Source of the DNA: Antedon mediterranea
Lineage: Eukaryota; Animalia; Echinodermata
DNA: 64,000 nt
Direction of reading: 5' to 3'
NCBI RefSeq assembly: GCF_964355755.1
Contig: NC_092676.1
Coordinates: 20,292,871-20,356,870, forward strand
Part shown: in pieces, positions 14,454-27,892 of the stretch
Layout: the number at the start of each line of letters is the position of its first letter
Numbering within the stretch: position 1 is the first letter of the stretch
Notes under the pieces: model-generated
Seen by the model: the letters and a program-made list of their open reading frames with translations, nothing else
Databases searched by the model: none
What the model was told of the DNA's origin: nothing
Translations under genes and position numbers: made by a program

Positions 14454-15529
14454 AGTGGACACTAAATTAGAGGTTATGGTATAGTACACCATGCAATGTG
14501 TGAGTCCAAAAAAGGAAATAATAAAGTTGAGAATGTCTCGATATTTCGGTCATTGGGCCTATGCTAACTACATGTCTTCTGGGGTAAAGTTAAGTAGACG
14601 AATAATATACCAAAACGTGGAGATATTCTAAACTGTACTTTATTTCCTTTTTTTGGAAACACATGGTATACCGCAAACCTTACTTTATATAAGAAATGTC
14701 TCTTTAAAGAATAATTACGATTTGTGGCATTATATTAAAATTAGATAGAGACAAGAATGTTACACGCACAAACTTTAGCTTACAATTTCATTTTTTAAGG
14801 TGAAGTTGGTAAGGGGACGGGGGTACTGTAGCAAGAGAGTTAAAAACGATTTACAGTAATAAGCATTAAATATCATCCAGACATGCAGTGAAATTAGGCA
14901 AATATAAATATTCTTTTCCTCTTGCATTTTGAATTGAGTAAGTCATTGATTATGGGCATTTTAGAGTATAATGTAACATTTGAGAATGTAAACACGTTCA
15001 TAATTGAAACTATCTACAACTTCGGAAACATAAATCGGAATAAAATGATATCGATCTGTGTATGTGAAATTATTTAAAGATATATTATCCCCAAAAAACA
15101 TTGTGATTAAGGAAAAAATGCTCTAAATATGCAATTTCGCAGTTTAATAAAGTTTATCACCTCCGTAGAAAAAATTTTATAAAAAGACTAAATAAATGGT
15201 TAAATTCAACCAAAAACCCATTGACTTCCAGTCAATTTGACAATTGTTTTACTTTAAATTAGTTTTCAGGTAAATCATTTTTTTCCCGATCCAATTTTTG
15301 GTCCAAACGAATAATTATTATATGATATTAAAAATAGAATATTCAACAAAAACATTTTTTTTTCAGGGGGACAATATATATTTATAAGTTCATAACAAAC
15401 TTTCGATCCAATTTTTAGTCCAAGTGAATAGTTATTATATGATATTAAAATGGAATATTCAACAAAAACATTTGTTTATTTTTCTTTCAGGGGGACAATA
15501 TATATTTAAAAGTTCATAACAAAACTTTC

Positions 15530-16328
15530 TTAAGCTCTTTCTACACTATCAAACTAGTTTGACAAAAAAAGTGTGATGTGCCCAAATATGGTAGTGATAT
15601 ACACAAATATGGTAGTGATATGCCCAAATATAGTAGTGATATACACAAATATGGTAGTGATATGCCCAAATATGGTAGTGATATACACAAATATGGTAGT
15701 GATATGCCCAAATATGGTAGTGATATACACAAATATGGTAGTGATATGCCCAAATATGGTAGTGATATACACAAATATGGTAGTGATATGCCCAAATATG
15801 GTAGTGATATGCCCAAATATGGTAGTGATATACACAAATATGGTAGTGATATGCCCAAATATGGTAGTGATATACACAAATATGGTAGTGATATGCCCAA
15901 ATATGGTAGTGATATACACAAATATGGTAGTGATATGCCCAAATATGGTAGTGATATACACAAATATGGTAGTGATATGCCCAAATATGGTAGTGATATA
16001 CACAAATATGGTAGTGATATGCCCAAATATGGTAGTGATATGCCCAAATATGGTAGTGATATACACAAATATGGTAGTGATATGCCCAAATATGGTAGTG
16101 ATATACACAAATATGGTAGTGATATGCCCAAATATGGTAGTGATATACACAAATATGGTAGTGATATGCCCAAATATGGTAGTGATATACACAAATATGG
16201 TAGTGATATGCCCAAATATGGTAGTGATAATCCAAATATGGTAGTGATATGACATCATCGTGTCCATATATGGACACATCACATTGTTTTTTTTAAACAT
16301 AAAGTGTGATAGTATAGACAGAGGTTAA
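15530..16328. mobile_element. 21-bp-repeat MITE with a ~32-unit internal higher-order array
   Basis: TTAA-GCTCTTTCTACACTATCAAAC ... GTGTGATAGTATAGACAGAGG-TTAA; array at ~15578-16250. Confidence 0.9.
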
Positions 16329-17002
16329 GAAGCCCCCAATAGGCTACACAACATGACATTGATGAAAATCCAATCAGGGAATTATAGGTGAACATAGTTC
16401 AATCTTTTGATTTTTGGGTTTGTTTACGTCATTTTATTGTCTGTGTGTTAAGGGTCATTGAGTAAATCTTAGACAGTAAATGTTGTAAGAATAATACGTT
16501 GAAATCACCTACATTTCCAATACTGCAGTTTTATTACGAAATTAATCTTAATTTACTGGCCGCAACTTTCAGACAATTATTGACAAAATGTTATTAAAAT
16601 ATATAAATAACCTATATAGCTTAACATCGTAGAAAGATAGCCTTGAGAATAAAAAAAAAGTATTGATTTTTTTTTCAAATTTCAAAGAAAAGTGTAGATT
16701 ATGGTTACTGTATCGTATTGCTATAACGTAATGTTTGATAGCCGTTGGCGATTAGCAAGGAGAGACATAATAAACGTGATTTGACAAGAAAAGAGGTTGA
16801 TACAACTGAAACAAGGTTCAACGATTTACTTTACATTTGACAGCAGTATATGAATTTTGCGTTTGACAGTTCTCAATAATCTTTCTTCAATCCTTTGTAG
16901 AAAGACGTAACCATCATACGTTCATAATTTATCAGGATTCCTGTTGATCACACTTCCCCTTTTAAAATATTGAACCATCAGCAGCAACGCGTCTTCAAAT
17001 CC

Positions 17003-17950
17003 TGCATTATGCTAAAAAGAAACCTCTTTTCTATGCAAATCTCTATGCTTGAAATACATTTGGAAAATCTTTTTTCAACCACCACTCGTCCATATCAGAC
17101 GTTCTGCTGATGGTACTCCTCCTTCCTTTAGTATCTTGTAGCCATCATCATAGTACATATCCAAGGATTCCTGTGTCCCGCTAAAAAATGTCCTTTCTAC
17201 CAATCTTCAATTTTTTAATTCCCATTTAGAAAATCTTAAGAAGAAACAACCACCATCCATCTATATAAGACGTTTTGATGATGGTATACTTCCGTACTTT
17301 AGGATCGTGTAGCCATCATCATAGTACATGTCAAAGGATTCTTTTGTCTAGCTTAAAATCTTCCTTCTACCAATCTTGAGGTTTCAAATCCATTTTGAAA
17401 ATCTGTAAATGAAGCAACCACCATCCGTTCATAAGACGTTTTGATGATGGTATACTTCCGTACTTTAGGATCGTGTAGCCATCATCATAGTACATGTCAA
17501 AGGATTCTTTTGTCTAGCTTAAAATCTTCGTTCTACCAATCTTGAGGTTTCAAATCCATTTTGAAAATCTGTAAATGAAGCAACCACCATCCGTTCATAA
17601 GACATTTTGCTGATGGTATACTTCCGTACTTTAGAATCGTGTAGCAATCATCGTACATGACCAAGGATTCCTGCATCCCGCTAAAAATCTTCATTTTGTC
17701 ATCTTCATGTTTCAAATCATTTGGAAAATCTTAAAAAGAAGCAACCACTATCAGTCCATATCGGACGATCTGCTGATAGTACTCCTTCATTTAGAATCTT
17801 GTAGCCATCATTGTACATGTCCAATGATGCATGCGTCCTGCTAAAAAATCCCCTTTTCAACCAATATTTATGTCAAATCATCTGGAAAATCTTAAAAAGA
17901 AACAACCACCGTCCGTCTATAGACGTTTTGCTGATAGTATACCTCCTTCT
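17003..17950. repeat. ~166 bp diverged tandem repeat (5-6 copies)
   Basis: GTAGC(C/A)ATCAT anchor at 17138, 17309, 17475, 17641 and 17801. Confidence 0.85.
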
Positions 17951-18100
17951 TCATTTTTTAGATAGTACTAAATATCCCTTAACAAAAATAATAATAACAA
18001 ATACTAAATTGAATATTTCTACGTTCAAAACTTGAATTAAAATTGTTGTAAATTTAGTTAAAATGCATTATTATATATTACTAGGCCTAGGTGTGTTTGT

Positions 18101-18211
18101 TTTTTGAGTCACGTGCAAACGCGACTCTACAGCTCACTATGTCGGTCGGTCGGTCGGTAAACACTAACTCAAATTTGCGCATGTGACTGCAGCCATGTAT
18201 ATGGCCTTGTT
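18101..18211 (+). mobile_element. Minimal DINE-1/HINE-like (Helentron-associated) element
   Basis: T-rich start, subTIR with short IR (GAGTCACGTGCAAACGCGACTC), (GTCG)n microsatellite, second subTIR, then stem-loop GCCATGTATATGGC and a TTGTT end. Confidence 0.7.
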
Positions 18212-18770
18212 TACATTTATGCTGATGATATTCTTGAAAACGCAAATTGAGATAGAACACCCACTATTAATATTCTATTTTTGTTCTCATTTTTCTAGAC
18301 AGTGGCTTGACTCCAATCATTCAATTAATTGACTATTATCATAGTTTTCAGACAACGTTAATTCTTTATTTAGCATCTGTTTAGATAGTACAGGATCGTT
18401 TTCATCGTCCAATTATTGTCAAGTCCGTTTTAGCATCATTCCCATTCAATTGTCTGGTATTTTAATAACTATATTATTATTATATTCATAATAATAATAC
18501 ATCGAGTGAACATCTTTTTACAGTCATTGTCAATCATCGCTGTACTCCCGCGGTGTTTGCAGAACATTTCACAATAGTTGTTGTCATTCATTTAATTTTC
18601 ATTGTGGGAATTACGTGTCTTTGATTTTAAATGAAAGTTCCGTTGTGTAACCACTCATTATGTACAAGTATGTAAAATAGATTACCTTGATGTACTTAGG
18701 CCTGCATATTCCGTTAAAACGGACTGGTCGCTATTACACTGTGGTACTTTAACATCTTGATAAGAACGGG

Positions 18771-19255
18771 AAGCTTTGTTCCCCTGGACGTAACGTAAAG
18801 ATGTAAGCGTAACGTGAGTTGGCCAATCGACAGTTATACAGATAATCGATTTCTTAAGATTGGTTAAATTAATTGCGTTGCACTTCCGTCATTGCGTGCG
18901 CCCTATTAAGCTTAATTCCCACTAGCGACGCAACGTAACCGCAATCTACGCAACGTAAGAAAATGCCCTTCTACTAATTGTGTTTGCCCCCGCCTGCGTG
19001 AAATCAAACCTGCAATGTTTGCAGCACTATTGCGTCGTCGGTTCCCACTTTGCGTCAATACGTCGCTGCGTTGCGTTCTAGTGGGAACCACGCTTCAGTG
19101 GGAACCAAGCCTTGGTTCCTCTAAAGAAACACAATGAAGTAGAATCAACGCAAGCGTGTTGTCCAATGACAAGCGACAGTTCGAATAATCCATCCCGATG
19201 GATTGGTCGAACCACTCCCGTCCTTACGTGCGTCCTAGTGGGAACCAAGCTTTAA
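18771..19255. mobile_element. Cluster of about 3 abutting GCTTGGTTCCCACTAG-family MITEs
   Basis: Repeated termini AAGCTTTGTTCC, TTAAGCTTAATTCCCACTAG and CTAGTGGGAACCAAGCTTTAA; the middle unit is the reverse complement of 1571-1753. Confidence 0.7.
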
Positions 19256-19598
19256 GAAGGATGATAATGCATGATGGCAATGATAATATTGATGATTATG
19301 ATGATAGTGTTAGTGATGGTGACAGGAGAATACTTTATTCACGATACGATATTGTAAAAAATGAAAAGAGTATCATAAAATTTACCAAAGAAAGAATTTG
19401 TTTATTTTTTTATTTGAAGATGAATATCATTTCCTTTTTATTTGTTCATTGAGAATGCGCATTTTATGCAATGTTATTATTACTTCATCAAAATGAATCA
19501 AGGTTCTGTTCAATAATACAGGGATTATTTCAGATTTAGTTAAATCATGTTTAATTTACATATTATTTTAAAGGAATCATAATTCTATGTTTAGTTTA

Positions 19599-19779
19599 TA
19601 AAAGTCTGTCTACACTATCAAACTAGTTTGACGAAAAGTGTGATGTGCCCAAATATGGTAGTGATATTCCAAAATATGGTAGTGATATTCCTAAATATGG
19701 TAGTGATGTTACATCATCATGTCTATATTTGGTCACATTACATTTGTTTTTTGTCACATAAAGTTTGATAGTGTAGACC
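19599..19779. mobile_element. Copy of the 21-bp-repeat MITE family (3 units)
   Basis: TCTGTCTACACTATCAAACTAG..GTTTGATAGTGTAGAC. Confidence 0.8.
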
Positions 19780-20872
19780 GGTAGTATAGATAGTGAAAAG
19801 TATTTAGTTGGGCACGATCATGTTTGCGCCTCCTTCCGACAAACGAAAACGACATGTTTAGGCTATTTAATTTATAGTATATTGTGCAATGGTGATCTTG
19901 CCCACTCGTTGGCTTAACGTTAATCTTGTTTATCAATAATATGACTAGTAGTAATGAGGATCATTAACGAATAATCTTGTTTAATCCCCTTAGATATATC
20001 TCCCTTTTATAGTAGATAACTTTTCATTAAATGATTCCGGCCACAATATATTATATTAGTAAATTGTATTGAGTAGTTACCCCAACAAATCATGAACGCA
20101 CTTATATTATAACAATGGTCTATCGCAAATTACGCAGTTTACGGTTGGCCTACTACTCGCGAAGCAGGATTATAATTTTAATCAATATCTGGCCTGATCC
20201 AAATCATTGATTGATTAATTTAATCAGACTAAAGTAAAAGAGAGGGATTATTTAAAACAAATAGACTCTTCATTGACGGAAACAACAAATTGCTTGTTGT
20301 AGGCCTACACCAAAGGAGATTTTAGTTCCCAGGACGAACCGTGCAGTCATTTAAAACGACATTTCATTGTCATCGAAAAGGATGGTTCACCAGCACTTCA
20401 GAGGTTTCTTTCCTGACATCCATGAAGACATGCACTTACACTGGGAGATTGGGAAGTCCGTGGTAATTGAGCGCTGAATATTCTTGTAATCTCACTCACA
20501 GTCACACTCGATTATCAAACCATACAGAACTAAACCACTTGAAGCTATGCTGAACGGGTTGTAATAATATAGGTAGAACCCCTAGAGGACACCTTTGGGA
20601 CCAACAAAGTACCCCTTAATAGAAGTGTTCCCTGGGCCGTCATGTTAAAACGTTTGCCAGAACGTTTCCTATTGTTAAACTTCTAACAGTTCATTTCAGA
20701 ATAAATACCGGTAATTGAAAAGGAAACAATAGTTGAAGAAGACGAGATACATGATGACATGCTAAAATGATATTATAAAACCAAGGATAATGTTTATTTT
20801 AATATGCAAGAGTATCACAAACAACCCTTGGGAAGTATTATTGGATTACGCGGCTGGCATGGGAGCACGTAC

Positions 20873-21593
20873 GTGTGACGTTTCATCTGTAGGCCTACTT
20901 ATGTGACGTCAACTGTGTGTGTGTGTTTTCTTGTCTTCGTTGTCTCTTCTTCCGAGGAAGCGTCGTGCCTGGGTGTGACGTTTCATCTGTAGGCCTACTT
21001 ATGTGACGTCAATTGTGTGTGTGTCTTCTTGTCTCTTCTGAGGAAGCGTCGTGTCTGTGTGACGTTTCATCTGTAGGCCTACTTATGTGACGTCAACTGT
21101 GTGTGTCTTCTTGTCTTCGTTGTCTCTTCTTCTGAGGAAGCGTCGTGCTTGTGTGACGTTTCATCTGTAGGCCTACTTATGTGACGTCAATTATGTGTGT
21201 GTCTTCTTGTCTTCGTTGTCTCTTCTTCCGAGGAAGCGTCGTGTCTGCGTGACGTTTCATCTGTAGGCCTACTTATGTGACGTCAACTGTGTGTGTGTGT
21301 GTGTGTCTTCTTGTCTCTTCTTCTGAGGAAGCGTCGTGCTTGTGTGACGTTTCATCTGTAGGCCTACTTATGTGACGTCAACTGTGTGTGTGTCTTCTTG
21401 TCTTCGTTGTCTCTTCTTCTGCTGAGGAAGCGTCGTGCTTGTGTGACGTTTCATCTGTAGGCCTACTTATGTGACGTCAACTGTGTGTGTGTCTTCTTGT
21501 TTTCGTTGTCTCTTCTTCCGAGGAAACGTCATGTCTGCGGTTGTGTCGTCCGTCGGCCATTTACCGTTACCTGCGGTAAACGGCCGACGGACG
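20873..21593. repeat. 7 x ~95 bp tandem repeat with (TG)n, followed by a 20-bp GC-rich hairpin; probable non-autonomous TE
   Basis: Unit GTGACGTTTCATCTGTAGGCCTACTTATGTGACGTCAA(CT)(TG)n..GAGGAAGCGTCGTG starts at ~20873, 20973, 21057, 21151, 21248, 21342 and 21441; hairpin at 21547-21593. Confidence 0.9.
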
Positions 21594-24500
21594 TTTAACC
21601 ATATTAAGTGTTGATGACGCAGAACTTGTTTTGATTATTCATAACGCCCAAGTACCTACATAACCTTTAGGGCCCTGGATTGAGGGGATTGGAGAACTTA
21701 CAGAAAATAAATGGATAATGTCACCATAAAATCTCTATAGGTTTATGAGAAATGCTATTTCTAGTATAGAGAAATGTAAAATGTAAACCAACGTGGGTGA
21801 ACACCTGTCAAGATATAGTAGCAATTACAGGTAGACTTTTGAGAATTCAACTTGGTGCTTATTCGCGAAGGGATGCTGTATTCGAGTAAAGTAGGTTAGG
21901 CGTGTGCGCGATACAAATGGAAACTTTGACGCAAAGCCGTAAGATAATGACGCAATCGAAACGCAACAATGATGATCTTGCGTTGATTGAGAGAATGTGG
22001 GTTGTTGTAATTACAATTTTAGTTTGATTTTCTAAATCCCAAGTACTCACAACTAACGGCGGAAATAATCATAGTTTCCCATAAATTTACATTTACTACA
22101 CACTAGGGCATTCTATATCAATTTTTGGATTAGACTTTTCTGGGAATTTTTACGGAATTATAATAAAAATGATTCATATTTTAATAATAGATCTGGACAC
22201 CATCGGTCTTCTGTATGACGTCAGAAGAAGTATTTGATTTGATCTTATTTAAATTGTATTTATTCAAAAACACCCCCAAGAAAGGAAAGAAAGAAATGTA
22301 TACATAATACATGAAAATCACAAACGTAAATAACAAAAAAGACAATCACAATTTACATACAAAATATTTAAAAAACATTTAAAACACCTTTGCTATATTT
22401 AAGTTTAAATCTGCAATAAATGAAATTGTAATGCTTTTGCTGTGTAATTGTTCATTATTTTGCTAATTTATACTATTTAAAATTTAAACAAATTGGTTAA
22501 TGGCGCGACTGTTGGTATAGACTAATCTAACACACTGTAAACCTTCACACTGAGATTAGTCTGAATAAGATCATAATATTTTTGTTAATTTAAAAATACA
22601 TTTAAAAGTAAACAAACATTATATTTTCACCTTGACTGTTGGTTAATACTACACCAGACTAATTCAAGTCACTTTTCATCGTATAACTTCCGCACTTAGA
22701 TTAGTCTGAAGAAGAAGATCAAAATGTTTTTATTAAATTATTAATTATTATAACTCTTCAGTAAAACTAACACAAGGTATTTACCCGTAGGAAGTTTTTG
22801 AAAACCTTGACTTATGGATGGATGTCCGTTACAAATATTTTATCTAATGCAAATTTGATCAGACGCGTTAGCAAGTTCACGGATATTTCTGTCAAGGGAC
22901 ACGCATACACAATTTAGCCGACAGATACATTTGAACCATAATGTTTACCATAACACGTGGAATACTGTACTCGCGTGTATGTTTTTTCAAGTGAAAATCG
23001 AGTAAGCCTTTATGCAGTATTCATCTAAAGAAAAATATTATCTATTATTATTTATTTTTTATGTTGACATAAAGTTTCGAGGTTTCGATCAATATACTTC
23101 AATCACCCTCATGAGTGAGAATTCTAAATTCTCCGCAAACCTTCAAACAATATGTATTTTTTCCCCATGGATAACCTATACTTCATATATAATAGGCGTG
23201 GGGGTCCCGGTGAGGAGGGAGGGCAGCCGGTGGAGTCTGAGAAAAGTTTACTAGAGTAAAAGTATTTTCCTTTATAACATTTACGTGAAGATTATTGTTG
23301 TCTATTTGGCTTTTATAGCGTACAATTTCAATCAGCTTATTTTTCATAATTCGTTTGCATGAATTCACTCACTTATTATCAAATCATCGCATCTATCATT
23401 TCTATCAAACCACCGTCCCAACTGACATGTTCATAATAATCATTTACGACTATCTGAGTGAAAGAAAAAGGAAAGAATTAGTAGGCAGGGAATTTTAAAC
23501 GGGGGGAACGCTAAAAATATTTAGATACTATTGTTAGTAAGTGTAACTTGTTTTTTTCATTTTTCACTGCAAAACCTTGGATTAGATAGCAAAACTAAAT
23601 TTCATCTGTACATTTTCTTTCGATTATTGTAGCACTATTTTTAATTCACTAAATGTTTAACCATCAGTTGTCATTTGCTTGTTGCCCTTTCCCTGTAAAT
23701 ACCGATCATTCATTTACCTTTTATTTTAACCTTTTTTTGTAACACATTTTTGCCCTTTTGCCATGTTTGTTTGTGTTCGTTGTTTTTCGTCTTCTGGTTC
23801 TTTAAAAAAAAAATCTATATATATATATTTACAAATATTGTATTTTTTAATGCATCCTGTTATTTGCCTTTGGCTGTTGGATGTGAATGTGTATTTGTGA
23901 ATTAAAGTGAATGATCTTTCAAAAATAGATAAAAAAAAAACTGTAGGCCTAGGGCTAGGCCTAGTTCATATAATTCCATTCAAACGGGAACCCATGCCTC
24001 TTTAAACATCTTTATTTCCGTAGGCCACATCCAGTGACATGTTCGTTATGGGGTAAAATTGCGTTGAAAAAAACACAAGATACATGTTGGAGGTTGGAGC
24101 ACAATAGGTATGGACATTTATTGAATATTCTGTATTATTAAATTGTTATTGCACACGAACGACGTTGATGGCAGTATCTACAAAATGTTTACACAGCAAA
24201 CAAACAATTCTCTGTACCAAGATAAAAATCAAATTAATAAAATAAATCCTAAATTAAAAGGACAGGTTATTCATCCATATTCTAGATAAATATCAACCTT
24301 TGAAAAAATGTTTTCATTGGTATTAAAAATATTATAAAACTATAAATAATATAATTTATATTTTAGATAAATAACAGATTACAGTATAAAAATACTACAC
24401 ATAAGTAACCAAGTTAAAATTAGAAACAAAGTCCAAAATATTAAAGAAAAGAAAATTAATGTTTAAATAATAAATATCTATGATATCAAAGTAATCGTTT

Positions 24501-25186
24501 ATAAATTAATTAAGTGACCGCACAATTTGTTTTGTGCCTGTTAATTTATAATATATATTAGAAAACCACACTTTCTTGTCTTAAAGCCTCTGAAAATGAA
24601 AAAAAATATTGTCCAATAATATAATTTCTAAAGTAAAAAATTGAAAATTAATATAAAATTTTCTTCACACAAACAAAAGCTCATTATCAAATCAAATGTA
24701 ACAAGTAACAAAATTGTAAAAACTGTAATAAAACTGCAAAACTGTACAATAGCAAGTCTTTCTAGATATCTTGCTTTGAAACTGAAGATGTAAAAACAAA
24801 TTCTTCACAATCATATATTAATGACTGCAATTATTTCTATTTTTTTGGGGGGGGGAGGGGGGGGGGAATGCCACCTCATTTTACCTTTAATATGTGAATT
24901 TGTTAAGTACTTTTGTGTCTATTTCATTTATTGCTAGATTTAAACGAACACGACCATAGAAGTAGCTAGGCTAGGCTAGGCCCGGCCCGGCCCGGCTGTG
25001 CTAGGCTAGGTGGCAGATCCAGGAATTGTACAGGGGTATGTAGCTCTATGAATAAATTAATACATTTTTTTTCTGAATTGATGTGTAAAGTTGATAAAAT
25101 AATAGAATAGGTAAACTGTTTCTATTCTGAAACATATATAAAGGTGGGATTAAAAGGAAATGGTGTGACTTATATTTTATACCTGA

Positions 25187-25341
25187 AATGGGCTTATACC
25201 AGAAGATGGGCTTATACCAGAAGATGGAATTATACCAGAAGATGGGCTTATACCAGAAGATGGGGTTATATCAGAAGATGGGATTGTACCTGAAGATGGG
25301 CTTATACCAGAAGATGGCCTTATACCTAAAGATGGGTTTAT
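25187..25341. repeat. 18-bp minisatellite (AAGATGGGCTTATACCAG)n, ~8 units
   Basis: Seen directly; ~340 bp past the SLC45 stop, probably in its 3' UTR. Confidence 0.85.
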
Positions 25342-25676
25342 GCAGGAGAGGGAATTGTACTTTAAAATTATAATAAATAGTTTTATTAACAAAGTTTATA
25401 AAACAAATTTATAAAAATATTATTTCTTAACCTATTCTATAAAAAATTCATAAATAAAATCATATAAAATTTAATATAAAATATAGAGCAAAATCTAATG
25501 ACATAAATGTAAATATTTAAATGCTTAGAAAGAATACCGCTGCAAAGATTATCTTTTAAAAATATGGATTGTAATAATTTGATATATGTTGCACATGGAT
25601 ACAAAAACTACTTTGAAAGTAGCTTTGTGTCAAGGACAAATGTCTGGCCAATTATAAATAAAGAAGATAAATAAAT

Positions 25677-27892
25677 TTAAGAAAATTTAACATTGAATAC
25701 AAAAGTCAAACCGATGACACCGAAGATAAAAGAGCAAGCAATGTACGATGTTGTCGTTCCTGTCAATTCCACAATGACGCCGAAAAGAAATGACGCAACC
25801 ACTTCCGCAAGGAAATATGCTCCATCAAGTAAGGCAATATCCGTACCTTTACGATTTAAAAGTTTCGACGTATCAACATCGGGAAAAAAAACCTACGAAA
25901 AAAAAAATTGAAATAAGAGAATATCATACTAAAGGTTTTAAACTGTAGTCTGGATTGATATGACATTAGAGAGCTTCGATTTGGAGAATTCATTGTGCGC
26001 ATGTAGAGAAGTTGGAACATGTTTCCTAACGCAATTTCTTAGTGGTTTATAGGTCTGTCAAATCTTTCGTCACGAGTTGCTGAAATCAAACACTCCTTTT
26101 TGTACAAGGAGTGTTCTGTTTTGAATATACCCTTTCCAGTTTTATTTAAGTGACTTGCACTAAGTGGATCACCTATTGTGTTTGTAATTAAACCAAAGAG
26201 CTTACCTCTGGCTGTTCGTGATACATGGTTAAAACTGTGTAGGGTAGAGTAGTAACAACAACATTACCAAATCCAGTTAACGAAGCTAAGAAAATAACCA
26301 CAGCAATGTTATCCAAGAATAAGATGAAGAAAGTTGCCATTGTAAACATGGCCATACCGAATACATAAACTGCTTTAGATCCAAACATGTTGATTACATA
26401 TTCCAGGGATGCCGAGAATATCATGGAAGTCACACTGTTGAGAAGTAAACCCCAACTGCCCATACGAATACCTAAAAAAAAAGTTTTTTTTTTTAAATTT
26501 TGGTTTTTAATTTTTTAATGTTTAATTATTATTTTGTTTTTAATTCAAAGTTAATAGTGTAAAGGGTCTTTCACGCCTATTCCGGCATGGTTACGGTCCA
26601 GCACCGGCAAATCAAATTGAACGTCAATGTTTCGTTGTCACACGGCTATACGTTAACAATTGCCATATAGCCACGTGTAGTATAAAAAAACATTGATGTT
26701 CGCTTTGATTTGTTGTCATCAGACCGGAACCGTGCAAGAACAGAAACGTGAAAAAAGGTTTTTTTTTACCTTCTTCATATAGATGATTATTAGCTGATTC
26801 CTTGGCAGCATCAGGGTTGCCATGATAGAGAGATTCTCCCATAAAATCTGTAAAGTACAGGCGGAAGCCCATGATGCCAATACAGGTAAATAGATCAGCA
26901 TACCACAACTTCTTAAAGTTCACAGGCATAGAGGTATATGAATTATATGTGTCAAAAATGGTTATCTTGGTAATTGTCTGAGAAATTGTTTTTATAAATC
27001 TGAATACTTTAACTAGAGGTAACAGTAGCAAGGTAAAACATGAATTTAATGTTAAATGTTCATAAAAAGATTTGTGTATAGTATTTGCAGGTGATAACAC
27101 GTCTGTTTTGTGAGTATCATTCGGTAAAATGTCCAAATTGCTGTCTGCAGTTTTTGTAGAATTTTCTATCGATAGAAGTGCTTGTTGCCTTTCATTTGCT
27201 GATGTAACACAGTTCGTATTTAAATTTTCCAATGGCGGATCGATTGCTATACAAATAGAAATAAGCATAGATATAATAAATATAACCACGAGAATAGCAA
27301 AAACAGCGAGTTCTTGATCTCCTACGTAAATGCCAAACGAATTATCCATCCAGTTGATTGACGTGATGAGATAACCGAGACATCCACCTAGACTCATCAT
27401 TAACGAGAACATTGCAAAGCTTCGGTTGTATTGAGCTGCCGTCTTACACGGGTCCGACAACAACGACTCAAGTGGCGTGTAGCACGCTTGTGAACTGAAA
27501 TCGAGCAGGATGACGGATAAAGCCATTATGCTTAACTCGGCAGAATGCTTGGATATTGGAATTATGTGGGTCATTCCATGCGCTATTTTATTTCCATTAG
27601 GAATAAATATAAGTGATAATAAGGTTATTGCACAAAGTAGTAGGATGAACGGTTTTCGTCTACCGAAACTTGAGGTACATTTGTCGCTCATCACGCCCAT
27701 TACTGGAACACAGAACAGGGCAATGAGTGGTCCTATAGCCATAACAACACTCATGCCACTTTCTGAGAAGCCAGCCTCCAGTAGCATTGGTGGAAGGTAA
27801 CTGAAGGCTGCTGAGGTGCATAGTTCTAGGCTGCATGTTATTAAGTTTAAAAATATCAAATAGCTTAACCCAAATCTGAGGTCAACCGTCAT
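25677..27892 (-). CDS. SLC45A3: SLC45-family MFS transporter (SLC45A3/prostein-like), 534 aa, 3 coding exons
   Basis: Exons 27892-26770, 26471-26206 and 25892-25677 (TAA); GT-AG introns with matching phases (1, 0); 1605 nt. Motifs SDKCTSSFGRRKPFI, ILLDFSSQACYTPLESLLSD, GGCLGYL, YFTDFMGESLYHGNP, YEEGIRMGSWGL, LPYTVLTMYH and GTDIALLDGAYFLAE are typical of SLC45. The A3 assignment rests on motif recall. Confidence 0.9.

Noticed and set aside
15541-16300. 220-250 aa repetitive ORFs on both strands; CRISPR-like regularity
   Set aside because: A stop-free 21-bp unit inside a MITE opens several frames. There are no unique spacers or cas genes, and the context is eukaryotic.
20873-21540. Repeat-spacer-like array
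   Set aside because: The segments between conserved cores are themselves near-identical, so it is a tandem repeat.
26624-26769. C-terminal part of the 422-aa ORF
   Set aside because: Intron read-through past the donor at 26769; SLC45 homology resumes at 26471.
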